Below are positions 17,890 to 25,486 of a DNA stretch of 34,575 nucleotides, piece after piece. The notes under the pieces are model-generated. The model was not told where the DNA came from. It searched no databases and saw only the letters and a list, made by a program, of their open reading frames with translations. This stretch comes from Myxococcota bacterium (GTDB lineage: Bacteria; Myxococcota_A; UBA9042; PHBI01; JAWLBL01). Numbering within the stretch: position 1 is the stretch's first letter; each line of letters starts with the position of its first letter. The stretch covers positions 1-34,575 of the forward strand of contig JAWLBL010000010.1 of assembly GCA_041687695.1 (NCBI GenBank), read 5' to 3'. Position numbers and translations under genes: made by a program.

Positions 17890-19145
17890 CAGGCGGCGGC
17901 GAAGTCGGACGACAGGCCGTTCTCTTTCGAGACGCTCTCGAGGTGAGCTCGAACGGCATCGAGGAAACCGGCCGGGAACCGAAGCTGGCCTCGAGCTGCG
18001 CGGGTAAGGAAGCCGGCGGTTGCGCGGACGGAGAGAGGGGCCGTCGGGAACTCGAGGAACTGACTCAGGGCCGGCCGGTCCACGTGCAAGGGCCAGCGGG
18101 AGAGGCTAGCCGAGTAGCGACCGTCTCCGACGTTCCAGGCTGCATCGGGCCAACGACCCGGACCGGAGATGAGGTGCGACTCGAACGGGACCGGCTCGCC
18201 TGGTTCACGCAATCGGCGGCCAATCCACTCGGCTACGTTGACGGTCACGGCGTTGCCGACGAGCTTCCAGCGGCGCCCGCGACGGGCGATTGTCTCGACT
18301 GGGAGCGTCCAGTCGGCAGGGAAGCCCTGCATGCGCTCGGCATCGCGGATGTCGGGCGTGACGACGCTGCCGTCGGACCAGACGATGGCCGGAGGTGACG
18401 GGATGCCGAGACCGGAGCCGCCCTTCAATGTGGGTACGGCGTCCTCGGCCCAGCCGAGCCCCTTCACGCCTTCCGTCCAGTAGAAGCCGCAAGGTCCCTT
18501 TGGCCAGGTGCGTCGCGGCGCCGGCTCACCCGCCTCGTCGGCGAAGAGCACGCCGCGGGGATCCCCCACTGTGCTCGCGACCAAGAACACTCTTTCGCGT
18601 CTCTGCGGAACTCCGAAGGCTCGCGAATCCACGACGCGATAGGCCCAGGAGTAGCCGAGGCGCTCGAGCTCGTCGACGATGACGGCTAGTGCGCGCCCAC
18701 CATGAAGCGAGAGCATGAACGACACGTTCTCGAGGATCAGCCAGGGGACACGACGGGCGCGGAGAAGTCGAAAGACTTCGGCCACCAACCCCGAGCGTAA
18801 GCCCTCGATCCCTGCGGTCTGGCCGGCTTGGCTGAGATCCTGGCAGGGGAAGCCACCGGTAAGGAGTTCGACTTCGCTCGGAAGCCCCTCGAGCTTGGTC
18901 ACATCGTCAGCGAGCTTCGCGTCCGGGAATCGATGCCTCAGCACCTCCTGTGCGAGTTCGTCGATCTCGCACAGGAGCGATGTATTGTGGCCCGACCGAG
19001 CGAGCCCGAGTTCGATGCCGCCGATGCCAGCGAACAGCCCAGCGGCCATCAGCGGAGGCCGCTTCGTAACCTGCGGACTCGGTACGGCGGACTCGACGGG
19101 CAGGGCCAGTTGGGTCGGGGCGGGGTTGCGCGGGACTGTGCTCAC
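17889..19145 (-). CDS. dcm: DNA (cytosine-5)-methyltransferase
   Basis: Motif I FAGIGG, IV GFPCQD, VI ENV, VIII QRRERVF, X GNAV. GTG start chosen because GGAGGA lies 5 nt upstream. Confidence 0.93.
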   Translation of the reverse strand: MSTVPRNPAPTQLALPVESAVPSPQVTKRPPLMAAGLFAGIGGIELGLARSGHNTSLLCEIDELAQEVLRHRFPDAKLADDVTKLEGLPSEVELLTGGFPCQDLSQAGQTAGIEGLRSGLVAEVFRLLRARRVPWLILENVSFMLSLHGGRALAVIVDELERLGYSWAYRVVDSRAFGVPQRRERVFLVASTVGDPRGVLFADEAGEPAPRRTWPKGPCGFYWTEGVKGLGWAEDAVPTLKGGSGLGIPSPPAIVWSDGSVVTPDIRDAERMQGFPADWTLPVETIARRGRRWKLVGNAVTVNVAEWIGRRLREPGEPVPFESHLISGPGRWPDAAWNVGDGRYSASLSRWPLHVDRPALSQFLEFPTAPLSVRATAGFLTRAARGQLRFPAGFLDAVRAHLESVSKENGLSSDFAAA

Positions 19146-19209
19146 GAGGCTCCTCCAAGTGCGTGCGTGCTGAACATACGAGCAGGTGCTCGATGACGCA
19201 AGCTCGAGT

Positions 19210-19977
19210 TCAGGAATCCGCGAACTCGAAGGGGGGATTGTTCCGTTGGTCGAACGCACCGGCGATGTGTACGAAGAATTCCTTCCAGCCGAAGACTTCT
19301 CCGGCCTCTGGGCTCGGGCGGCGGGCCTTGGGCGGCCTCGGGCGCATGACGTCATAGAACCAGACGGTGTCCGGATCGCTTCTGTCGTACAGCCCGATGA
19401 AGAACGCCTCGAAGAGTTCGGGCTCGTCGCGAGGTGTCTCGCGCCCGGCTCGGAGGCGGAAGTACTTGACCGCAGCCCCGAACGACGAGGCCCCTGCTTC
19501 CCCTGCCTTGTCGGGATTGCCGTCGTCACAGGACTCGATGGGCAGGAACAGGACACCCACCAGGACCGCGTATGGTTGCCGGGTGTGGTAGTCTAGGGCT
19601 TCGGCCCTCAACTCGTTGTCGTTCCTCGAGTAGTTCTTCGTGAAGCGCTTCTCGGGGAAGTTGATGGACTTGATCGAGACACCGAGCCCAAGACCGATGT
19701 CGGGCTTCGAGTAGTTGACGTCCAGCTTCTTGGGCCCTCGAGCAGCCCGGGATCGGGACTCGGTTCCGCTCCCGTCCTCAGAAGGAAGGATCCCCGGAAA
19801 CCGCCTGCGGAGCCCGCGCGCGATCAGCATGGCCATCGCATCCGAGAAGCCTTGGGACCAGTTCTTCTTGTCGGCTTGGGTCACGACATCGCCGTGCTCG
19901 CCCGCGAAACCCAGCACGTCCGCGAAGTTCTTGATCCCTGCCAGGCGCGCGCGCCGGTCGTCGTCCTTGGCCGCCAT
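19210..19977 (-). CDS. Probable type II restriction endonuclease (PD-(D/E)XK variant)
   Basis: GGAGG RBS; KLDV...VSIK...RAEALD resembles the D...SxK...E arrangement; directly upstream of dcm-vsr. Confidence 0.7.
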   Translation of the reverse strand: MAAKDDDRRARLAGIKNFADVLGFAGEHGDVVTQADKKNWSQGFSDAMAMLIARGLRRRFPGILPSEDGSGTESRSRAARGPKKLDVNYSKPDIGLGLGVSIKSINFPEKRFTKNYSRNDNELRAEALDYHTRQPYAVLVGVLFLPIESCDDGNPDKAGEAGASSFGAAVKYFRLRAGRETPRDEPELFEAFFIGLYDRSDPDTVWFYDVMRPRPPKARRPSPEAGEVFGWKEFFVHIAGAFDQRNNPPFEFADS

Positions 19978-20113
19978 CGGCTCGCCTCCCTCGTCCGAGC
20001 GGGACGCTAACAGCGTGTCTGCGGCCGAACAAGCCCGACGGGAGGCATGTGCCCGTGTCGAGCCCAACGGTGCGCCCGACGTCTCAGGCCCCGAATGGAC
20101 CTCGTCGCTCCCA

Positions 20114-21277
20114 TCAGCACGTTCTTCTGGGACCAGAAGGACCTGAACTGCAATCCGCCTCGAGGGCTGCAAACGGGATCAGAAGTCCCTTCTCGAAGAC
20201 CTCTGAGAGGCTGTAGTCCTCGAGCCAGTCCTGCAGGGCCGACGCGTCGGGGCGGACGAGGCGCGAGGAGCCGGCCTCGCGCTCGACGACGACCACCTCG
20301 TCGGGCACGAAGTGGTCGAGGAAGGCCGTGGATTGGGTCGCGAAGAGGACCTGGGTGTGCGAGGAGACCGAGCGAGCCAGCTCGGCGATGATGCGGATGG
20401 CGGCTGGATGGAGGCCCAGCTCGGGCTCGTCGATGGAGATGAAGCGGGGCAGCCGGGCGGTGGGCTGTGCGAGCGCGGTGACGAGCGCGATGGCGCGCAG
20501 GGTGCCGTCCGAGAGCTGGTGGACGCCGAAGCGCTCGTCGCGGTCGTCGATCCAGTCCAGGCGGACCGAAGCGCTGCCGTTCGATATTGAAGTCGGACAC
20601 AGGGCCTTCACCGACGGCGCGATGCGGCTCACGAAGTGGTTGATGCGGCGCCACGCCTTCTGGTCGGCGTCGTCCTCGCTGCGCTCGAGCCGGCCCAGGT
20701 AGGACGCCAGGTTGCTGCCGTCCGAGCGCAGGAAGCGGTCGTCCTCGGCGCGGGCGTTGGTGCGAAGCGAGGACGTCAGAGAGGTGTCGTGGAAGTGGAA
20801 GAAGTTCAGCTGCGAGAGCCAGTAGTCCACCGTCCGGGCCGTGGTGTCGGACGTGCGGGCGTCGCGCAGCTTGGACTCCCAATGGCCGGCCCCCAGGGAG
20901 GTCATCCGCATCGGGCCGGCCTCGTCGGCCGCGAAGCCCACCACCTCGTCGAGGTACATGAGTTGGTCACCGGCGGCGAAGCCGAGCCTCGCCAGGTAAC
21001 GATTTCGGTGCCCGTTCTGGACGAAGTCCAGCTCGACTCCGATGGCCTGCGTGCGCTTGGGGCCGTAGTGCAGCAGCGACGAGGCCCCGCCCGACTCGCC
21101 GACGAAGCGCTGGAGCGAGCCGGTGCGCATCAGCGGCACCATCTGCAAGGCCCGCAGCAGGTTCGACTTGCCGGACCCGTTCGCGCCGACGAGCACCGTG
21201 AGGCGCCCGGGCGCGAGCGTGACGTCGGACAACGACCCGAAGCCGGTGATGTGGACCCGTTCGAGACCTTCGGTCAT
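20114..21277 (-). CDS. ABC-type AAA_21-like ATPase with a disrupted C-terminus
   Basis: Walker A GANGSGKS, signature LSDGT, Walker B IDEPELGLHP, ATQS; start at MTEGLERVHI. Confidence 0.9.
   Translation of the reverse strand: MTEGLERVHITGFGSLSDVTLAPGRLTVLVGANGSGKSNLLRALQMVPLMRTGSLQRFVGESGGASSLLHYGPKRTQAIGVELDFVQNGHRNRYLARLGFAAGDQLMYLDEVVGFAADEAGPMRMTSLGAGHWESKLRDARTSDTTARTVDYWLSQLNFFHFHDTSLTSSLRTNARAEDDRFLRSDGSNLASYLGRLERSEDDADQKAWRRINHFVSRIAPSVKALCPTSISNGSASVRLDWIDDRDERFGVHQLSDGTLRAIALVTALAQPTARLPRFISIDEPELGLHPAAIRIIAELARSVSSHTQVLFATQSTAFLDHFVPDEVVVVEREAGSSRLVRPDASALQDWLEDYSLSEVFEKGLLIPFAALEADCSSGPSGPRRTC
20129..20189. mobile_element. 61-bp insertion (MITE or IS scar) in the ATPase 3' end
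   Basis: Flanked by TTCT direct repeats (20125-20128, 20190-20193) with GGGAC/GTCCC termini; removing it rejoins VFEK to NVL. Confidence 0.55.
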
Positions 21278-21436
21278 GCGCAACCTCGACGAGGGCGTCC
21301 GGTGCCGGAGCGGTCGCGCTCCGAAGCGCCCCTCGGCCCGAATCTTCGCACACCCTGAGGTCGAAGCAATCGCCACGCAGGCGGGCGTAGGGCGAAGGGC
21401 GGGCCTGCGAGGAGGACGCAGGCCCGCCGCGGGGGC

Positions 21437-22312
21437 TCAGGCGGGGGCCGGCTCGGCGGGGATGGCCGGGGCCTCGGCCGGGGCGCTGGACTTCGGATTG
21501 GAGGGCTTGGAGGTCGGGACGTACAGGGAGGGGAAGCGGGCGAGCCGGGTGGGCTCGTTGCGGAAGAGGAAGGTCGCCGCGGCGAGGACCTCGGCGTGCG
21601 AGCGCTTGAGCAGGGTGAAGATGCGCGCGCGGGCCTCGATCCACTGCTTGACCGAGGCGGAGGCGCCGAGGTGGGTGAAGATGGCGTCGGAGAGGCGGCG
21701 GGCCTCGGAGGCGTGCTTGGGATCGTAGCGGCGCCCGTCGAGGGCGAGCAGGGCGTGGTGGGCCGCGTAGAGGTCGGCCAGCTCGGCGAGGTCGTCGGCG
21801 AGGTCGACGTGGCCGGTGCCGGCGCGGATGCCGGTCAACTCGCTGGCGATGGCCGGGTCGTCGCCCAGGTTGTAGTCGAGCACCTTCAGCATCCCGGCGC
21901 GCAGGGAGCGGGCCGCTGCGATGACCTCGGGCGGGACCTGGGCCCGGGTCGCGTTGGCGGACTCGCGGTTGGACTTGCGCTGCACATAGAGCGCAGCCCA
22001 GGAGTAGGTCTTCATCCGGTCGATGTGGCCAGCGTCGAACTCGTCCGGCGCGAGCTTCTGCATGCGCGCCCGGGTGGGCGGCTCGCTGGCGGCCTCGTGG
22101 GTCTTCATGGCCTGGAAGGCCGCAGACGCCAGGTTGGTGTTCACCGGCTCGAGGGCGTCGTCGGCCAGCGCGCGCGCCTCGTCCGCCGAGCTGCTCCAGG
22201 CCTTCTCGGCCTTCGCCTCGTCGTAGGGCGCGCCCATCTCGGCGGCGATCACCGCATCGGACACCTCCTGCTCGTCACTCACGGGGGTCGATTCGTTCAC
22301 GGGCCCGCTCAT
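21437..22312 (-). CDS. Hypothetical all-helical protein (291 aa)
   Basis: GGAGGA RBS; host-like codons; IRAGTGHVDLADDL and FPSLY motifs; Pro/Ala-rich tail. Confidence 0.85.
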   Translation of the reverse strand: MSGPVNESTPVSDEQEVSDAVIAAEMGAPYDEAKAEKAWSSSADEARALADDALEPVNTNLASAAFQAMKTHEAASEPPTRARMQKLAPDEFDAGHIDRMKTYSWAALYVQRKSNRESANATRAQVPPEVIAAARSLRAGMLKVLDYNLGDDPAIASELTGIRAGTGHVDLADDLAELADLYAAHHALLALDGRRYDPKHASEARRLSDAIFTHLGASASVKQWIEARARIFTLLKRSHAEVLAAATFLFRNEPTRLARFPSLYVPTSKPSNPKSSAPAEAPAIPAEPAPA

Positions 22313-22410
22313 GGTGCTCCTCCGTTTCCGTGGGTCATGGGTGGTGGGCTGACGTGCCGCATGTCCATCCTGCACCGCAGAGCGGGAGCGTCAAGTCGAC
22401 CTGGCCAACT

Positions 22411-22910
22411 CCTGGTGACCCTAGGCCCCCGTCGCGAGGTCTGGACCTACTGCACGACGGTCCAACGTCCTTGCGAGAGGTGCCGACCTCTCCGCACGAG
22501 GCCGGGGCACCCGTCGGAAGGGGATCACCTTCCTGCACGAGGCCTGGGCACCCGTCGGGAGGGGATCACCTTCCTACACGAGGCCTGGGCACCGTTCGGG
22601 AGGGGATCACCTTCCTGCACGAAGGGCTGGGCACCCGTTGGAAGGGGATCACCTTGCCGCACGAGGGCCTGGGCACCCGATTGGAAGGGGATCACCTTTC
22701 CGCACGATGCTCGGGCCACCTGGAATCGAGGTCAGGACCTTCGCGCGCGGTGCCCGGGCCACCGCGTATCGAGGTAGAGACCTTCGTGCACGGTGCCCAG
22801 GCCTCTCGTACAGGAGGTCCCCACCTTCTCGCGCGCGCTCGTATGCCGGGGGACGAGGTCGAGACCTTCTGCGCGGTGCCCGGCCCGCGCGTCCCGAGAT
22901 CGGCCTTCGC
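22411..22910. repeat. Degenerate tandem array, 41-43-bp period, about 12 units with an AGGK-N4-ACCT core
   Basis: Cores start at 22437, 22478, 22519, 22560, 22601, 22643, 22686, 22729, 22772, 22815 and 22856, plus a decayed one at 22897. Confidence 0.92.
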
Positions 22911-22984
22911 CAGGCTCGACGCCGGATGGCTCGACAGGAAAAAAGGGCTGGGCTCGGCGCCTGCCCTTCGCCCAGACTGGGGCC

Positions 22985-24004
22985 ATGAACAACCGCATCT
23001 ACATCGTCCGGGCTGGCCGAGAGGCCGTTCATGTCGACACGTTCGTCTCCCGCGGCCTGATGGCCATGGGCTTCTGCGACGACATCGGCGCCGAGGCCCT
23101 GTCGATGGACAGGGCGCAGCTGCAGGAACGCATGGCCGCCGTGTACCCCGAGTGGAACAAGCACCGCACCGCCAACCACAGCGGCCAGTTCCACCGCTTC
23201 AAGTCCGAGATCCAGGTCGGCGACACCGTCGGGACCTACGACCCCAACCTGCGCCTGTACTTCATCGGCCGGGTCACGTCCGAGGCGCGCTACGACGGCC
23301 GCCCCATCCCCGAGTATCCCTACGTCCGCAGCGTCGAGTGGACCCACCGGGTCGACCGCGACAGCCTGTCGGTGCGGGCCCGCAACAGCTTGGGCGCCAT
23401 CCAGACCGTCTTCCAGCTCGACGAAGAGGTCACCGCCGAGCTCTTCGAGCGCGCCGTCCCGCGCAACGCCCCGGTCGCCGAGACGCCGCCGCCGCCCCAG
23501 CCCGACGCGGCCGACACCACCATCGACGACCTCAAAGCCGAGACCCTGGAGAAGGCCGAGAAGTTCATCGAGGACGCCATCGCCAAGCTCCACTGGGACC
23601 AGGTCCAGGAGCTCGTCGCGGGCATCCTCCGCGCCATGGGCTACAAGACCCGCGTCTACCGCTCCAAAGACCGCGGCGTCGACGTCTTCGCCTCCCCAGA
23701 CGGCCTCGGCCTCGAGGAGCCGCGCATCTTCGTCGAGGTCAAGCACCGCAGCGCCCCCATGGGCGCCCCCGACATCCGCTCCTTCCTGGGCGGCCGCAAG
23801 CCGGGCGACCGGTGCCTGTACGTCAGCACCAAGGGCTTCACCACCGAGGCGCGCTACGAGGCCGACCGCGCCAACGTCCCCTTGAGCCTGCTCTCGGTCT
23901 CCGACCTCCGCGAGCTCCTCACCGAGTACTACGAGGCGCTCGACCCCGACACCCGCCGCCTGGTCCCCCTGACCCGCCTGTACTGGCCGCTGGCCGATGG
24001 GTGA
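22985..24004 (+). CDS. mrr: Mrr-like restriction endonuclease
   Basis: N-terminal IVRAG...GF..IG domain; catalytic region LRAMGY...DRGVDV...VEVKHR...YVSTKGFT. Confidence 0.88.
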   Translation: MNNRIYIVRAGREAVHVDTFVSRGLMAMGFCDDIGAEALSMDRAQLQERMAAVYPEWNKHRTANHSGQFHRFKSEIQVGDTVGTYDPNLRLYFIGRVTSEARYDGRPIPEYPYVRSVEWTHRVDRDSLSVRARNSLGAIQTVFQLDEEVTAELFERAVPRNAPVAETPPPPQPDAADTTIDDLKAETLEKAEKFIEDAIAKLHWDQVQELVAGILRAMGYKTRVYRSKDRGVDVFASPDGLGLEEPRIFVEVKHRSAPMGAPDIRSFLGGRKPGDRCLYVSTKGFTTEARYEADRANVPLSLLSVSDLRELLTEYYEALDPDTRRLVPLTRLYWPLADG

Positions 24005-24130
24005 GGGTTCCTGGGCGAATCGTCGCGCCGGCACGGGCTGTGCGGCCGAATCGGAACCGGCTACGCCAGTGAAACGCCGTACAGGCGCCTGCCAGGCTGG
24101 CGTAAGCCGCTCCACTCGAGGGTCCGCGGC

Positions 24131-24454
24131 ATGAGAGTCAGACTTCCAAATGTCCTGAGGGAGATGGGAGCCGCGCTCGTCATCGTCTGCGCGCTCGTCC
24201 TCGCCACGGGCCTCTTCGGGCTTTGGTTCGGCGATCACACGCGCCTGCGCTGGGCGGGGATTGGGATCCACTTCGTCTATGCGATCATGATCTGGCCGGC
24301 CCTCTACCTCGTCGTCTCAGGGGCAATATGCCTCGCGGTGCGGCGGTGGGGCCATGTCGTCGGCGAGGCCCAGCGCCGGCTCGAGCTACAGCGCGGCCTC
24401 ATCCTCCTGGCCTCAGGGCTCGTCGGGATCGCCGGGATGCGGTGGCTCTTCTGA
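24131..24454 (+). CDS. Small membrane protein (about 3 TM)
   Basis: Three hydrophobic segments; the start may instead be the Met at 24164. Confidence 0.6.
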   Translation: MRVRLPNVLREMGAALVIVCALVLATGLFGLWFGDHTRLRWAGIGIHFVYAIMIWPALYLVVSGAICLAVRRWGHVVGEAQRRLELQRGLILLASGLVGIAGMRWLF

Positions 24455-24518
24455 CGGATGGGAGTGCTCGGACGCTGGCGGGCCTTCGAGCGATGGGATG
24501 CGGCGCTCGGGCGTGATC

Positions 24519-25100
24519 TCAGACCGTGTCGCCGATGGGCACCGGCGGTCGGAAGCTGACCGGCAGCGAGCGCCGGCTGCAGGCGGCGCTCATCGCCTCC
24601 ACGAACGCGGCCGCCGCCAGCGTGTCGGGGGAATGGAAGAGCCAGAAGTCGCAGCCTGTGGACTGGGTGAGCCCGAGGCGCACCTGCCCGAAGAAGCCGG
24701 CTTCGTCGGTGAACGGGTCGTGGAGGGCCCCGAGCTCGGTCTCTAGCCGGAACAGCACGAAGTCCGAGAGCCAGAGCGCATCGCCTTCGAGCAGGTCCTC
24801 GAGCCGCGACTCCGGCCGCAACAGGCCGCATCCGCTACGATGTGCACTTCCGAAGGTGGTCGCGGGGCGTTCCTTGGGCTCGCTACCCCACGCGATGAAG
24901 TCCGCGCTGCACGATTGCAGTCGATGGAGGACGGTAGCCGGGTCGAGGAACGGGCGGATGGCGAGGGCCAATCGCCCGCTGGAGCGCAGGTGGTCCGCGA
25001 CGAAGTCGAGCAGCTCGACAGCTCGCGACCGTTCTGCTTCCCGCCAGCACTTGATGAGGGGCGACTCGATGTAGGTCACGCATCTGGCGCCGTCGGTCAT
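24519..25100 (-). CDS. Hypothetical protein
   Basis: Start taken at MTDGARCV; globular composition; no motif recognised. Confidence 0.55.
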   Translation of the reverse strand: MTDGARCVTYIESPLIKCWREAERSRAVELLDFVADHLRSSGRLALAIRPFLDPATVLHRLQSCSADFIAWGSEPKERPATTFGSAHRSGCGLLRPESRLEDLLEGDALWLSDFVLFRLETELGALHDPFTDEAGFFGQVRLGLTQSTGCDFWLFHSPDTLAAAAFVEAMSAACSRRSLPVSFRPPVPIGDTV

Positions 25101-25272
25101 GGTCCACCCGACCTGCGGCAGCGAGCGCGCGGTGGGGCCAGACTTCGCGTGGTGGGCGGGGAGTCGGCGGGGGTGGAGCGTTCGTCGGCCGTGGTCTGGA
25201 GGAGGCCGGCCTCGGCCCGCCCCTTTGTGGGTCCCGACAACGTTTTCCGCTGGCCCGACCCCTGGAATCCCA

Positions 25273-25440
25273 TCAATTCCGTCCGTGGAGAACGCCAAGC
25301 ACGACGGAAAGCACCAGGATGATGCCAGCGCCGATGGGGTACATGGCGGGATGAATCAGTGCACCACCCAAGAGGGTCGCTGGGAACACGGCCATGGTCG
25401 AGGCGAGCAGGCGGCGCATTCGGCGCTCATGGGGGCTCAT
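25273..25440 (-). CDS. 55-aa two-TM small protein
   Basis: GGAGG RBS before MSPHERRMRRLL; two hydrophobic segments. Confidence 0.65.
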   Translation of the reverse strand: MSPHERRMRRLLASTMAVFPATLLGGALIHPAMYPIGAGIILVLSVVLGVLHGRN

Positions 25441-25486
25441 GTCGAACACCTCCGTGGGTGGAGTCGTGGCGCCCAAGAGGCGGGGG

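Noticed and set aside
19146..19556. N-terminal extension of the methylase given in the ORF track
   Set aside because: Overlaps the REase gene; a GTG with a strong SD at 19145 is the better start.
22411..22910. CRISPR array or coding repeat (ORF 22330-24072)
   Set aside because: Inter-core segments are homologous to one another, and the 41/43-bp periods break any reading frame.
22793..22984. N-terminal extension of mrr (likewise 15619, 8141, 8833, 20172, 21376 and 32399 starts for other genes)
   Set aside because: Extensions run through repeats or intergenic DNA; downstream starts fit the domain boundaries, RBS or signal peptides.
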